From an uncultured bacterium (GTDB lineage: Bacteria > Hinthialibacterota > Hinthialibacteria > Hinthialibacterales > JAKPRU01): a stretch of 64,000 bases of DNA. Under the pieces are notes generated by a model. That model was not told where the DNA came from. It searched no databases and saw nothing but the letters and a program-made list of their open reading frames with translations. The stretch lies in contig CAZTDD010000010.1 in assembly GCA_964612675.1 (NCBI GenBank), forward strand, positions 12,187 to 76,186, written 5' to 3'. The translations under genes and the position numbers were made by a program. Shown here piece after piece: positions 20,634-31,150 of the stretch. How positions within the stretch are numbered: position 1 is the first letter of the stretch; every line of letters starts with the position of its first letter.

Positions 20634-21553
20634 GTACGACCATCCAAATAGAAGGTCTGTCGAAGTGGTATGGGCAGGTGCTCGGGATCAACGATATTAC
20701 CGCCCAGCTCGGACCGGGTGTCACGGGACTACTTGGACCGAACGGTGCTGGGAAAACCACCCTCCTCAAAGTACTCACCGGCCAGACAAAACCCAGCCGA
20801 GGATTCGCACATATCAACGGCCAGCCTGTGTGGAATAATTCGACGGTTTTCCACCATGTGGGCTTCTGTCCGGATATCGATACGTTCTATGAAGACATGA
20901 CGGGAATGGAGTTCCTTGTCTACTTGGTTCGTCTTCACGGATATGCCGGCCGCAAAGCGAAGAATCTCGCCCTGGAGACACTCGAAACGGTCAACTTGCT
21001 GGATGCCAGGCGAAAGAAAATCGGCGCTTATAGCAAAGGCATGCGACAACGGATCAAACTGGCGCAGGCCTTGTTTCACAAACCGGATTGTCTTCTGCTG
21101 GATGAACCTCTCTCGGGAATGGATCCGGTCGGCCGCAAACACACCATCGACCTCATTCACGCGTATGGCGAGGAGGGACGAACGGTTCTTGTATCCAGCC
21201 ACATTCTCCATGAAATCGAGGAAATGACCAAACGGATCATGATGATCAATCACGGTACATTGATCGCGGAGGGAGACGTGCACGAGATTCGGGAGATGAT
21301 CGAAGCGCATCCATGTCAAATCTCGATTACCTCCCCCGACCGGGAAACACTGTCCAATCATCTGGTTTCGTTCCCCGAGGTGGTCAGTATTCGACGCGGT
21401 GAGAATAACTGGGAACTTGTGATCGAAACCCGGCACCCGGATCGTTTTCACAATCGGTTAACCGATCTAATCGTAAGTGAAGGTTTTTCAATCGAGGCGT
21501 TATCCTCGCCGGACGACAATCTCCAGGCTGTCTTCGACTATTTGATGGACTAA
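20630..21553 (+). CDS. ABC transporter ATP-binding protein
   Basis: ATGA overlap with upstream gene; GPNGAGKT, YSKGMRQR, LLLDEP, SSH. Confidence 0.95.
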   Translation: MSTTIQIEGLSKWYGQVLGINDITAQLGPGVTGLLGPNGAGKTTLLKVLTGQTKPSRGFAHINGQPVWNNSTVFHHVGFCPDIDTFYEDMTGMEFLVYLVRLHGYAGRKAKNLALETLETVNLLDARRKKIGAYSKGMRQRIKLAQALFHKPDCLLLDEPLSGMDPVGRKHTIDLIHAYGEEGRTVLVSSHILHEIEEMTKRIMMINHGTLIAEGDVHEIREMIEAHPCQISITSPDRETLSNHLVSFPEVVSIRRGENNWELVIETRHPDRFHNRLTDLIVSEGFSIEALSSPDDNLQAVFDYLMD

Positions 21554-21556
21554 ATT

Positions 21557-22381
21557 ATGGCTGCTCAAATTTTGCTCAACATCTACACGACTTGGGTGAT
21601 CGCGGCGAAATCGACGAAGCGCGCGATGGCCCGGAAACGCGTTTATTTTCTTTTGGTGATATGTCTGTTGCCCGTGCTGGCAGTGGGTGCGTGGCGGATT
21701 TTCGCACCGATTGCAAGCTACAAATATCACGGGCCGAACGGCTATCAGATGTACGAGGCGACCGCGTTCACATCGTTCCTCCAGTTCCTCGTCCCTCTCG
21801 TACCGCTCTTCCTGGGAACCGCCGCGATCAATGACGAGATTGAAGAAAAGACGATTATGTTTTTGTTTCTGCGGCCGGTACCGAAGTTTATCGTGGTGTT
21901 GGCAAAAACACTCTCCGTTATGTTGTCATCCGCCGTCATCCTTGGCGGGACCCTGGCTTTTGTTTTTGCGATCTGTGCATCCGCCCCGAATGCTGCGATG
22001 ATCCCGGGCGACCTGCCGGTTCTTCTGAAAGATATTGGAGTATTCGCGTTGGCGTCCTTCGCGTATGGCGGTCTGTTTCTGTTATTCGGCGTAATCTTCC
22101 GTAAACCGCACGTCTGGGGCCTGATTTTCATTTTCGCCTGGGATTCCTATGCGGCATACCTGCCCGGGAACGCCGGGATTATGAACATCAAGCATTTTGT
22201 GACATCGATCTACCCGCATCAGGCGTACAATGAATCGCCATTGGCGATGCTGGCCTATCATGAACCGGTGTCCACGGCGACAGGAATCACGGTTCTTGTT
22301 TGTGTCGGAGTAGCGTGTTCTTTTCTGGCTTTTCTTGCCTTCCAAGCGCGCGACTACGGGTATGAGAAGGCCGCGGTCTGA
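21557..22381 (+). CDS. ABC-2 type permease
   Basis: INDEIEEKTIMFLFLRPV motif; about 6 TM helices. Confidence 0.88.
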   Translation: MAAQILLNIYTTWVIAAKSTKRAMARKRVYFLLVICLLPVLAVGAWRIFAPIASYKYHGPNGYQMYEATAFTSFLQFLVPLVPLFLGTAAINDEIEEKTIMFLFLRPVPKFIVVLAKTLSVMLSSAVILGGTLAFVFAICASAPNAAMIPGDLPVLLKDIGVFALASFAYGGLFLLFGVIFRKPHVWGLIFIFAWDSYAAYLPGNAGIMNIKHFVTSIYPHQAYNESPLAMLAYHEPVSTATGITVLVCVGVACSFLAFLAFQARDYGYEKAAV

Positions 22382-22398
22382 TCACAGTAGCCTATTGC

Positions 22399-25300
22399 CT
22401 ACTCCTCCCAATCCATCCTCCACGCCAGCTGGTACAGCAGGATATCCAGCGGTCCCCAAACACCGTCGCCGTTGAGGTCGATTTCCGACTCACCGTGCCA
22501 GAAATTCTGTAGCGTCAGCAAATCCTCGGTGTTTGTTACACCGTCTCCGTTGGTATCGGTATAGGAGATCGACCATTCCGGCTCCGGACGCTCCGTTACA
22601 TTGACCGAGGTAACGAGCGGATCCGCGGAGTTGCCCGAATCGTCTTCTGCAAAAATGCTGATTGTGAAGAGCTCGGAAGCGATGTCCGGTCCGAACGTGC
22701 CCTCTGGGAAATTCGCCAAAACGGTCTCGAATTGATCGTTCTCAATGTTGTAATCCATCGGGATTTCTACGAACCGGTCAGGAGAGTCGCTTGGTGCGAT
22801 ATGAGCGGAGACCAGGAGAGCTCCACCTTCGGCACTCTCGTCCGAGACAGAGGCGGTAATCGGCAGATCGTCACCGTATACAACCGACGAGGTCTGCGAC
22901 CCAGTATACAAAACCGGCTCAACATTGTCCGGTACGCCTCGCGTATCGAGATCTTCCACATAGGGCATCCCGATGGCGAAATCGACAAACGCGTCTGAAA
23001 TGGGATCGGGGAACGAGACGGGTACTTGAATCCGAACAGGACCTTGGACCTGGGTTACTCTTTCTTTCGCCTCCTCGAATGCCTCATCCAGTAGAATCCC
23101 CTGTGCCAGCTGATCGAAAAACACATCGCTGAACGAGAACGGCTGCCCCGTCTCGGGAACCGTGCTGAATATCGCGATATTGTCTTCTTCGCTGCCGGTG
23201 CCGGCGATGATCTGCAGGTTCGGGTTTCCACCGGCGGCAAGACGGATAACCGATCCGAGCGCCGCCGCGTGATCGCAGTCGATAATCAGCAAAGTCAGCC
23301 CGGTTCGTTTCTCTGCGGCCAGCGCCGCTCCTAACATGTTCGCGCCGAGGATCTCCCCCTCCGAAAGACGGAACAGACCGGGTTCCTCGACAGAGCCGAC
23401 CATGTAGATCGTCAGCGGGTCGCCCGCGGGGATTGATGTCACTCGATTGATGATGGCCTGTGTGGTCACGGGACTGGTTACCGGTACGTCGCCTTCGTCG
23501 CCGATCTCCTGTTCGCTATAGACGGTTAAACGGTCTCCGCTGAACCGTCGTTCCGTTGTCATCTCTGTGTATCGATCGCTGACAAGGCGGTCGAGCGTCT
23601 CCTCCGTCAACCGGCTGTCGGGAGTCCCCGCCACCATGATGATATTTCCGAACAAAGAACTCAGGATATCTTCCTGAGCGAGAACCTTTTTGGGCTGTGC
23701 CCATTTCGCTGTGTTCCGAAGAGCGCCGACCGGGATGGTGAGGATTCCGCTGCGCCCGATGACCGGTGCGCCAGGCTCATTGCTGTACAGCTGTGCCCCG
23801 ACTCTCCATACTCCCATCAGTGTGAGAGGCGAACCCCCCGGAAGGTTGATGCGATCTCCAACGTCGATGACATCGGATGGCGACACAGGTACTTCGACGA
23901 GGAATCGATCGTCGCCCTCCGGAAGCGGCACCCGAGCGTAGAACGGTAATCCCAGGCCGCGTTTGACAAAAATCTCGACACCCGTGACTCCTGGGTTCAC
24001 TCCCAGCCGTCCGCCGATTCGGACGACGTCTCCAGGCTCTTCCATCAGGTCTGCGTCCGTCGTCAGATAGATCGGAATCTTTCTGTTCAGAATCGTGCGT
24101 CGTTTCGGATCCGGTTGGCTTCCGGGTGTGAAGACCACGCTCACTTCACGGGTTGCCGAAAGGACCGGTCCCTCCGGGGTATCGAGGGGTATCGCATCGG
24201 CTCTGATAACGATGTCGCGCTTAATGGGACCTTTCGCTCCCGGGGCCCACGCAACAGTCAAAACCGAAACACCCGGCAAGGTAAATGTAGGAGGTTTGAA
24301 CCGAGCAATCATCTGGGGACCAAGGTTGGAAACACTCATACGGACTCGCGCCCGGACTCGGTGTTTCGGAATGATCTCGCAGGTGAATCGAACGGGTTCC
24401 CCCGCACTCTGCTGCAGACGCTCCAAAACGTGAAGTTTGAACTCGGGCAGATTCGGCGCGACAGGCTGCGGTGTCGGTGTCGGAGTAAATGTCGAGATCA
24501 CCACGACCGGCGTGATCGGAATCGGCGTCTGACGTCGAATCGGTGTATGAGTCGGCCGAGGCAATATCGGGCGCCGGGTCGGTGTGGCGGTCGGTGTCGG
24601 CAATTGCGGTCTTCGAGTCGGAGTCGAGGTCCATGTCGAGGTCGGACTCGGAGTGACGGTAAGAGTCGACGTTGGTGTCGGCGACTCCGTGAGAGTTGGT
24701 GTTGGCGTCGGTGTCTCTGCGGATGTCGGTGTTAGCGTTGGAGTCGCGGTCGGGGTCTCAGGAACAGCGGTTGGAGTCTCCGGTGTGGCGGTCGGAGTTT
24801 CCGGCACGGCTGTGGGAGTTTCCGGCGTGGCAGTCGGGCTCTCAGTCGGCGTCGACATCGGTGTCGCTGTCGGTGTATCCGTCGGCCGTGGAGTCTCGCC
24901 GGACGGTGTCGGGGTTTCTGTCGGTGTCGCCGTCGGTGTTGTGCGAGGGCTTGCCGTTGGTGTCTCGGGCGTCGCGGTTGGAGTTTCCGGAATCGCGGTT
25001 GGTGTCTCGCCCGGAGTAGCTGTTGGCGTCTCCGGAATTGCAGTTGGGCTTTCAGGCGGTATCGGCCACAAAGTTGCCAGATCGATAGGCGTCGGTGTAT
25101 CGGTCGGCGTATGAGTCGCTGTATTCGTCGGTGTCGGAGTCTCCGTATAGGTTGGCGTGGCGGTTGGCGTTTCAGTCGGTGTGAACGTAAATGTCGGTGT
25201 AAGGGTGTGAGTCGGCGTTAACGTGGATGTCGCTGTATTCGTTGGAGTCAACGTGACGGTTGGCGTGGGGCTCTGAGTCGGTGTTGGAGTATGCGTAGAT

Positions 25301-27300
25301 GTGGCGGTCGGCGTAAACGTCATCGTCGGCGTTGGCGTCGGTGGCAATTGGCTCAGATCCCATACTCGTATCGTGCCGTCGGCGCTGCCGGTTGCGGCGA
25401 ATTTGCCGTTTGGCGAGAAGGTCACTGCGTCCACATCCGCGACATGCCCCTGAAACGTGCGGATCTCCTGACCTTTTTCTGTGTTCCACAATTTGGCCGT
25501 GTTATCGGAGCCGCCTGTGAGTACCGTTGTTCCGTCGGGTGAATAGTCCACTGAGTTGATGGCGGCCGAGTGGCCGAATAGAGTCGCAAATTGTTTCGCT
25601 GTATCGGCGTACCAGAGTTTGGCGGTTCCATCGGCACTTCCCGTCAATACAAACAGTCGGTCGGGTGAGAATGCAACGGAGCGGACCGAATTGCCGTGAC
25701 CCGTATACGTCAGGACCTGCTCAGCATTCTCGGTGCGCCACAGTTTTGCTGTCGCGTCCGAACTCCCAGTCAGAACGAAGGCGCCGTCCGGCGAGAATAC
25801 AGCCGAATTGACCGTGGAAGTATGTCCACGCAGGACGCGCACCTCCTCGCCGGTCGAGCTGTTGTGAATCCGCGCCGTCTTGTCCGCGCTTCCTGTGACC
25901 ACAAGCCCGTCGTCTGGCGAGAAAGAAACGGATTGGAGCGGTGTGAGGTGCTGTCCGATTTTACGAATTCGTTTGCCCGCCCCTGTGTCCCAGAGTACCG
26001 CTTCGTTCGCGGGCCAATGACTCCCCGTCAGCGCCCAGGGCTGAGTGGATGCGAAATCGACCGAGGTGATCAGACTCATCTCGCCGGAGAGTTCTGTACT
26101 CGTTGCGTAGGACTGGAGATCCCAGATCCTTGCATTTCCGTCTTCCCCGCCCGCCAGCAATCGAGTTCCGTCGGCCGAGAACGCAAGTGAGGTAATTCCC
26201 GGTGTATGGCCTAAGAAGGTTTGTGATTCCTCCGCACTTGTCGTGTCTGTATTTGCCCACAGCTTCGCCAGCGCTGCGCTGCCTGTCGCCAGCCATTCTC
26301 CCGCGGGAGAAAACGCGACCGACGACACCGGGCCGCCGTGTCCGGCGAACGCCCCGATAACCGCCCCACTCCGCACATCCCACAGCATCCCAACATCCAA
26401 CGGCCAGGACGATCCCGTCAGAACCTGACTTCCGTCTGGGGAAAAGGCGACCGAATTCAGACCGGAGGTTTCGATCTGGAACGAGCGGACCTCTTTGCCG
26501 TCCGAAAGGTTCCAAACCTTCACTTCTTTTGAACTCGCTGTCAGTACCAGTTTGCCGTCCGAAGAGAACCCCACAGCGAGGAGCGCGGATTCGTGACCGG
26601 AGAACGTCTGGACCATCCGGCCGGTTTCTCGTATCCAGAGCTTGGCTGTCGAATCGGAACTTCCCGTCAGTACATATGTGCCCTCCGGTGAAAAGGCGAC
26701 AGAGGTAACATCGAATTTGTGCCCCTGATAGGAACGGATGCCTTTTCCTGTTGCGGCCTCCCACAGCCGCGCGGTTTTGTCCGAGCTGCCGGTCAGCAGG
26801 TACTTCTGATCGGCTGAAAAGGTTACCGCGTTTACACTCGTTTCATGCCCGGCCAGAACCTGCATCTCCTCCCCGGTTTCGACATTGTAGATCCTGGTCT
26901 CCCCTTTCACGTCCCCGGTTGCGAGAGCCGTCCCATCCGGTGTGAATGCCAGGGCGACTGCTCGACCGGTGTGCTTGCGGAATACCTTCAGGAGATCCCC
27001 CGCGAAACCGTCCCAGAGAAAAACTCCTGCGGCTCCGGACGTCGCGACGAAACGTGCCTGGTCCGAACATGCAATACCGTCCAGTTTTCCAAGCCCAAGG
27101 ATTACCTCATTCCAGGTTCCTCGAAGCGGCAGCAGATCGCTTGTTTTATCGGTTTGTGCCAAGGCGGAGATGGAGAGGATGGGCTGGAAAGTGGGGGATG
27201 CAGCACACGGAAGGATCGCCCCGGTTCCGACGAGCACAATGCAGGTCAAGAATACGATTGTGTAAAGTCTAGTGCGTACACGCGGGGTATTTCTCTGCAT
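22399..27300 (-). CDS. Large secreted protein: WD40 repeats, Pro/Thr linker, degenerate caspase/C13-like domain, C-terminal dockerin-like Ca-binding repeat
   Basis: Signal peptide; about 14 GH..V.SVAFSPDG..LTGS.D.TAKLW repeats; long (T/P) tract; DTNGDGVTNTEDLL...DLNGDGVWGPLDIL tail. Confidence 0.9.
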   Translation of the reverse strand: MQRNTPRVRTRLYTIVFLTCIVLVGTGAILPCAASPTFQPILSISALAQTDKTSDLLPLRGTWNEVILGLGKLDGIACSDQARFVATSGAAGVFLWDGFAGDLLKVFRKHTGRAVALAFTPDGTALATGDVKGETRIYNVETGEEMQVLAGHETSVNAVTFSADQKYLLTGSSDKTARLWEAATGKGIRSYQGHKFDVTSVAFSPEGTYVLTGSSDSTAKLWIRETGRMVQTFSGHESALLAVGFSSDGKLVLTASSKEVKVWNLSDGKEVRSFQIETSGLNSVAFSPDGSQVLTGSSWPLDVGMLWDVRSGAVIGAFAGHGGPVSSVAFSPAGEWLATGSAALAKLWANTDTTSAEESQTFLGHTPGITSLAFSADGTRLLAGGEDGNARIWDLQSYATSTELSGEMSLITSVDFASTQPWALTGSHWPANEAVLWDTGAGKRIRKIGQHLTPLQSVSFSPDDGLVVTGSADKTARIHNSSTGEEVRVLRGHTSTVNSAVFSPDGAFVLTGSSDATAKLWRTENAEQVLTYTGHGNSVRSVAFSPDRLFVLTGSADGTAKLWYADTAKQFATLFGHSAAINSVDYSPDGTTVLTGGSDNTAKLWNTEKGQEIRTFQGHVADVDAVTFSPNGKFAATGSADGTIRVWDLSQLPPTPTPTMTFTPTATSTHTPTPTQSPTPTVTLTPTNTATSTLTPTHTLTPTFTFTPTETPTATPTYTETPTPTNTATHTPTDTPTPIDLATLWPIPPESPTAIPETPTATPGETPTAIPETPTATPETPTASPRTTPTATPTETPTPSGETPRPTDTPTATPMSTPTESPTATPETPTAVPETPTATPETPTAVPETPTATPTLTPTSAETPTPTPTLTESPTPTSTLTVTPSPTSTWTSTPTRRPQLPTPTATPTRRPILPRPTHTPIRRQTPIPITPVVVISTFTPTPTPQPVAPNLPEFKLHVLERLQQSAGEPVRFTCEIIPKHRVRARVRMSVSNLGPQMIARFKPPTFTLPGVSVLTVAWAPGAKGPIKRDIVIRADAIPLDTPEGPVLSATREVSVVFTPGSQPDPKRRTILNRKIPIYLTTDADLMEEPGDVVRIGGRLGVNPGVTGVEIFVKRGLGLPFYARVPLPEGDDRFLVEVPVSPSDVIDVGDRINLPGGSPLTLMGVWRVGAQLYSNEPGAPVIGRSGILTIPVGALRNTAKWAQPKKVLAQEDILSSLFGNIIMVAGTPDSRLTEETLDRLVSDRYTEMTTERRFSGDRLTVYSEQEIGDEGDVPVTSPVTTQAIINRVTSIPAGDPLTIYMVGSVEEPGLFRLSEGEILGANMLGAALAAEKRTGLTLLIIDCDHAAALGSVIRLAAGGNPNLQIIAGTGSEEDNIAIFSTVPETGQPFSFSDVFFDQLAQGILLDEAFEEAKERVTQVQGPVRIQVPVSFPDPISDAFVDFAIGMPYVEDLDTRGVPDNVEPVLYTGSQTSSVVYGDDLPITASVSDESAEGGALLVSAHIAPSDSPDRFVEIPMDYNIENDQFETVLANFPEGTFGPDIASELFTISIFAEDDSGNSADPLVTSVNVTERPEPEWSISYTDTNGDGVTNTEDLLTLQNFWHGESEIDLNGDGVWGPLDILLYQLAWRMDWEE
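24470..25345 (-). repeat. Pro/Thr-rich low-complexity coding repeat including 7-aa PETPTA(T/V/I) units
   Basis: TPTATPETPTAVPETPTATPETPTAVPE in translation; synonymous codon variation between units. Confidence 0.85.
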
Positions 27301-27643
27301 GATCCTTCCTTTCAGGTATCAATAGTCACCCTACCAGTGCCGAGTCATGTTTTTGATAGGGGGCGGCACGAAACATTACACAGAGCATGTACAGTCAATC
27401 AGAAACCTCATCGGGGAGCCTGTCCCATGCCACTCTTTCCATAGGAGCCGCGTCAGGGTGGCAGACTTTCCCTTCTTTAGTATATCGTCAAAAGTGCGTA
27501 TCATCTTGCGTCTTTTTGAGAAAGTGAGGACCGGGGTCTCGATAAGAGTGTATCCAGAAGGATACCGTGTGTAGACTGTCTGAATCACAAGGACACGAAG
27601 AAGGACGGAAGCACAGGAAAGAGACGAAAACAGAGAGAAAAGC

Positions 27644-28105
27644 ATGGGCCGGAGAACAAAAGGACGTGAATTGGCTTTGCGGATGCTGTATGGGCACGAT
27701 CTTTCCGGTTGGAGTCCACATCCGATGGATGTCAACCGCTGGAAGCCGGAAGATCGCTTTCAGGCGGGGCAGGATCCTCAGCGATTTGGCTCGCGGCTCT
27801 ATCGGGAAGTTGTCGATCGCCTTGCCGAAATTGATGTAAAAATCACTGAAATCACTGAACATTGGTCTCTGGAACGTGTTACACCGGTGGACCGAAATCT
27901 TCTGCGAATCGGTGTTTACGAGATACTTCACAGGGACGATATTCCCGATCGTGCCACCATTAACGATCTGATCGAACTCGCCAAAGTGTATGGGGATGAA
28001 GACTCCAGCAAATTCATCAACGGGGTGCTGGATGCCGTGCTGCGGGAAAAAGAGTCGACCCCAGGTGGAGGTGATGCACTAGAAGAGCCGACCGTATCCT
28101 CTTAA
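27644..28105 (+). CDS. nusB: Transcription antitermination factor NusB
   Basis: RRTKGRELALRMLY, WSLER..VDRNLLR, INDLIELAKVYG, FINGVLD. Confidence 0.95.
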   Translation: MGRRTKGRELALRMLYGHDLSGWSPHPMDVNRWKPEDRFQAGQDPQRFGSRLYREVVDRLAEIDVKITEITEHWSLERVTPVDRNLLRIGVYEILHRDDIPDRATINDLIELAKVYGDEDSSKFINGVLDAVLREKESTPGGGDALEEPTVSS

Positions 28106-29541
28106 TTGCGGCGATTGGTGCCGCGATCCTCCGTTTCAGATGCAGCAGTTCCCTTGCCTTCTTTTTGACCTCGGATGCGAGTGCCGCTGAAACCCTTGAA
28201 AGGTAGATCGGTAACTGTTTTCAAAGGAGATTGAGCCTGTTTTTTGCGGGATTCACCGGAATAATCCACAAAAACCCTTCCCTGAGGATCCATGATAATC
28301 CGTTTCGGCATCGGATACAGACCGGGATCGTCGCCGTGCCTGCTGGATAGCGTTCGATGGCCCTCGCTGCTCCGCGCCTGGACACCGGCACCCACCCCAG
28401 CAGGTTTGCCCGGTGGCCGTCCAGCTGTTGTTGTTCCACCGCTCTCCGCTACCGGCCCCTCGGGCACGTTGGGTGGTGCGATGGACGGGATTTGGACCGG
28501 CAGAATGCCGCGACCATCAATCGGAGGAAAGACCCCGCCTGTAGGACGTCGAGCCAATGGAAGCGGCGGTCGTTCCGGTTCGTCGATTTCCGGACACGGT
28601 TCCAGGTCTCGCGTATCCAATACAACAAGGTCTCCTTCTCCTCGATCCACCGCAAAGAGGAATCCTTCACAGAAGGCTATGGATCGTGTCGGGGTGTTTG
28701 CATACAAACACCCTGATAATGTTGGAGTTCCGGAGGTATCCAGCACGAAGATCCTTCCGTTTTGATCGGAGATATAGACGGTGGTGTCGGCGACACAGCC
28801 GGTCACGGGTACGTTCTCATCCGGGAGAGGAAGTTCTGAGGACCGGTTCACATTATCTACCGCAAAAGAAACAACTCTTCCGGGTATTGTCTGTCGCGAC
28901 CAAGCGTATGCCAGGCCGGGAGACGGTGAAATGAAAGGATCGAGACTCTCGATTGTCGCGACAGGCTTGGGCAGTTGAGGATTCGACACATCGAAGAATT
29001 CGGTCGATTGTCTTGCTGAGCGGATTAAGACTCTATTTTCTGTCGCAATGAGGCCGGTCGGGCGGTTCCTGGTGGGCACGCGGATCATGGTTTTCGGGGT
29101 AGAAGGATCGGCGATATCAATAACGACCAGCTCGCTTGGCAGACAAGCCGCATAGAGGTGAGAGTCAATTCGGCCGAGCCCCTTGACCGGACCTCGAAGT
29201 GTTACTGTTCCGATAACACGAGGCGGGCTTTTTTCGCCGATTTCGACTACCGCGATGTTGGTGGAGTGAATCACATATAAGGTATCTTCTTCAGAAACCA
29301 CAAGTTGGATCGAACCGAAGGTCTCGTCAAACGGCAGTTGGTGCACGGGTGCAACAGGATTTTCTGCTTCCCGGTCCACCTGAAAAAACGTGAGCCGGTC
29401 TCTCGATGCGGCTGCCAGAAGCGAATCCACGGCGGCCACGGATACATAATCGCCGGGGGCCGGCAGGTTGTCTTGGTCCTGACTGATGGCGGAGACAACC
29501 GGGAGAAAAACAACGAAAGACAACGCGAGAAACCGTTTCAT
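28102..29541 (-). CDS. Secreted LVIVD-repeat beta-propeller protein with disordered Pro/Gly-rich C-terminus
   Basis: Signal peptide from ATG 29541; LVVIDIADPSTP, FFDVSNPQLP, LVVLD repeats. Confidence 0.7.
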   Translation of the reverse strand: MKRFLALSFVVFLPVVSAISQDQDNLPAPGDYVSVAAVDSLLAAASRDRLTFFQVDREAENPVAPVHQLPFDETFGSIQLVVSEEDTLYVIHSTNIAVVEIGEKSPPRVIGTVTLRGPVKGLGRIDSHLYAACLPSELVVIDIADPSTPKTMIRVPTRNRPTGLIATENRVLIRSARQSTEFFDVSNPQLPKPVATIESLDPFISPSPGLAYAWSRQTIPGRVVSFAVDNVNRSSELPLPDENVPVTGCVADTTVYISDQNGRIFVLDTSGTPTLSGCLYANTPTRSIAFCEGFLFAVDRGEGDLVVLDTRDLEPCPEIDEPERPPLPLARRPTGGVFPPIDGRGILPVQIPSIAPPNVPEGPVAESGGTTTAGRPPGKPAGVGAGVQARSSEGHRTLSSRHGDDPGLYPMPKRIIMDPQGRVFVDYSGESRKKQAQSPLKTVTDLPFKGFSGTRIRGQKEGKGTAASETEDRGTNRRN

Positions 29542-29773
29542 TCTCTTCCCGTCTCGACAAACAGTCGATGGAGTGAATTCGTGGACATCTTCCTTACAGT
29601 ATATCAATTTCTAAGGCGTGTCGGTCGATGGAACCCGGAATTGCCGCCTGTTGCGTCGGGAGGACAGTCCGGAATAATGATGCCTTTTATCTTTGCCCAC
29701 AACCGACCGGATTTCTGATAAGATGGAGAAAGTTGTAGTCGGGATTTTCATCTCCAGGAAGGAGTCCGAAACG

Positions 29774-30388
29774 ATGACTCAGCGACAGACACGCTCGGCT
29801 TTCACACTTATCGAACTGCTTATCGTTGTAGCAATCATCGGTATCCTGGCGGCGATTGCGGTTCCCAACTTTCTTAACGCACAGGCAAAAGCAAAGATTT
29901 CCAGGGTCAGCGCCGATCAAAATGCGTATGCGACGGCGATGGAATCGTACGGCATCGAACACAACAATAAATATCCCCCCGGCGATTTCATCTACTTTCT
30001 GACAACACCGGTTAGCTACATTGCGGGACTTTTCCCGGATCCTTTCGCCCCGGCAAAGCCCGATCGAGGGGACGGGAAATTTGGTTTCATCCACATTTAC
30101 GATCCGTTCTATTTCATCACGACTCATGAATACGGCACGGACGCTTACGAAAGCCTATTAGGGGATTTTAATGCTTGGACCGGGTATCCGAATCGATGGT
30201 ATGCGCCGCCGAACGATCGGTCATACGCCGGCATTGTGCGCTACCAGATCCGCAGCATCGGTCCGAATCGTGTGAACGAGTACGGCTCGCGCTATGACAT
30301 TACGAACGGACTTGTGAGCAACGGCGATCTGAATCGTTTCGGTCCCGGTAATATCACGCGACCATGGGGAGGCGTGCCGACACCTTAG
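29774..30388 (+). CDS. Prepilin-type N-terminal cleavage/methylation domain protein (pseudopilin)
   Basis: AAGGAG RBS; SAFTLIELLIVVAIIGILAAIAVPNF; LTTPVSY, DPF, SIGP, YD..NG..S.GD motifs. Confidence 0.9.
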   Translation: MTQRQTRSAFTLIELLIVVAIIGILAAIAVPNFLNAQAKAKISRVSADQNAYATAMESYGIEHNNKYPPGDFIYFLTTPVSYIAGLFPDPFAPAKPDRGDGKFGFIHIYDPFYFITTHEYGTDAYESLLGDFNAWTGYPNRWYAPPNDRSYAGIVRYQIRSIGPNRVNEYGSRYDITNGLVSNGDLNRFGPGNITRPWGGVPTP

Positions 30389-30437
30389 TCTACAGTCCGG
30401 CTGGATGAAGGCGTTGTGCGAAAGGCAGGGTGGTCTG

Positions 30438-30896
30438 TTACTCGGGTTTTTCCTCGGTCTGTTGTTGTTCTTCTTCCGTTTCGGTTTCCGGCTCAGCCTC
30501 GACAGGAAGGATGGGCTCTTTCTTGGGAGGGATATGAAGGCTTACGAGATTGATATTGACCGATTTAGGCCGCGTACCGGTCATTTTCTCGATTTCGTCC
30601 ATTACTTTGACTTGTAGGTTAGCGGCCAGCTGGCGCACGTCTCGTCCGTATTCGACAATCACCGAGACATCGATTTCCAGCACGCCTTCCGGGCTTCGCG
30701 TGACACGAACCCCCTTGGGTGCGTCGCCCTTCCGAATGAACGAGGTAATATCGTCGACAAGGCCTCCTACAGTACCGACCACGCCATCGACTTCCATGGC
30801 TTCTTTGAATGCGATCACCGCGACGACACTCTCAGCGACGTCGATCGATCCCAGATTCCCTTCGCTTGGAATACTCATCTTTTTTTCTGCACACAT
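30438..30896 (-). CDS. Asp23/Gls24 family protein
   Basis: AGGAGG RBS; LGSIDVAESVVAVIA, KGVRV, IDVSVIVEYG, VMDEIEKMTG, VNI. Confidence 0.9.
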   Translation of the reverse strand: MCAEKKMSIPSEGNLGSIDVAESVVAVIAFKEAMEVDGVVGTVGGLVDDITSFIRKGDAPKGVRVTRSPEGVLEIDVSVIVEYGRDVRQLAANLQVKVMDEIEKMTGTRPKSVNINLVSLHIPPKKEPILPVEAEPETETEEEQQQTEEKPE

Positions 30897-31150
30897 GGTC
30901 AGGGCCTCCTGTATTCGGTCCCTTGTTGGGCTAGGATCTTGGTGTAGATTCCGCACGGACCTGGGTCCGGCGGATTGCGTCCCCTGTGGCACTATAGCAC
31001 AAAGCGGCGGCCGAAGATCGGGGGTTGATTCCGAAAAAATGACTTGGGCTGCGGAGGTGATTGGCCCGTGCCAAGTAGAATGCGAGGCGGTTCCGGAAGC
31101 CGCGTGGAAGAGTCGGGGGCAGCCCCCTGGATTGGGAATCTTTAGAATCC

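Noticed and set aside
24584-25114. Val/Gly-rich ORF on the + strand
   Set aside because: Antisense shadow of the Pro/Thr linker of the 1633-aa gene
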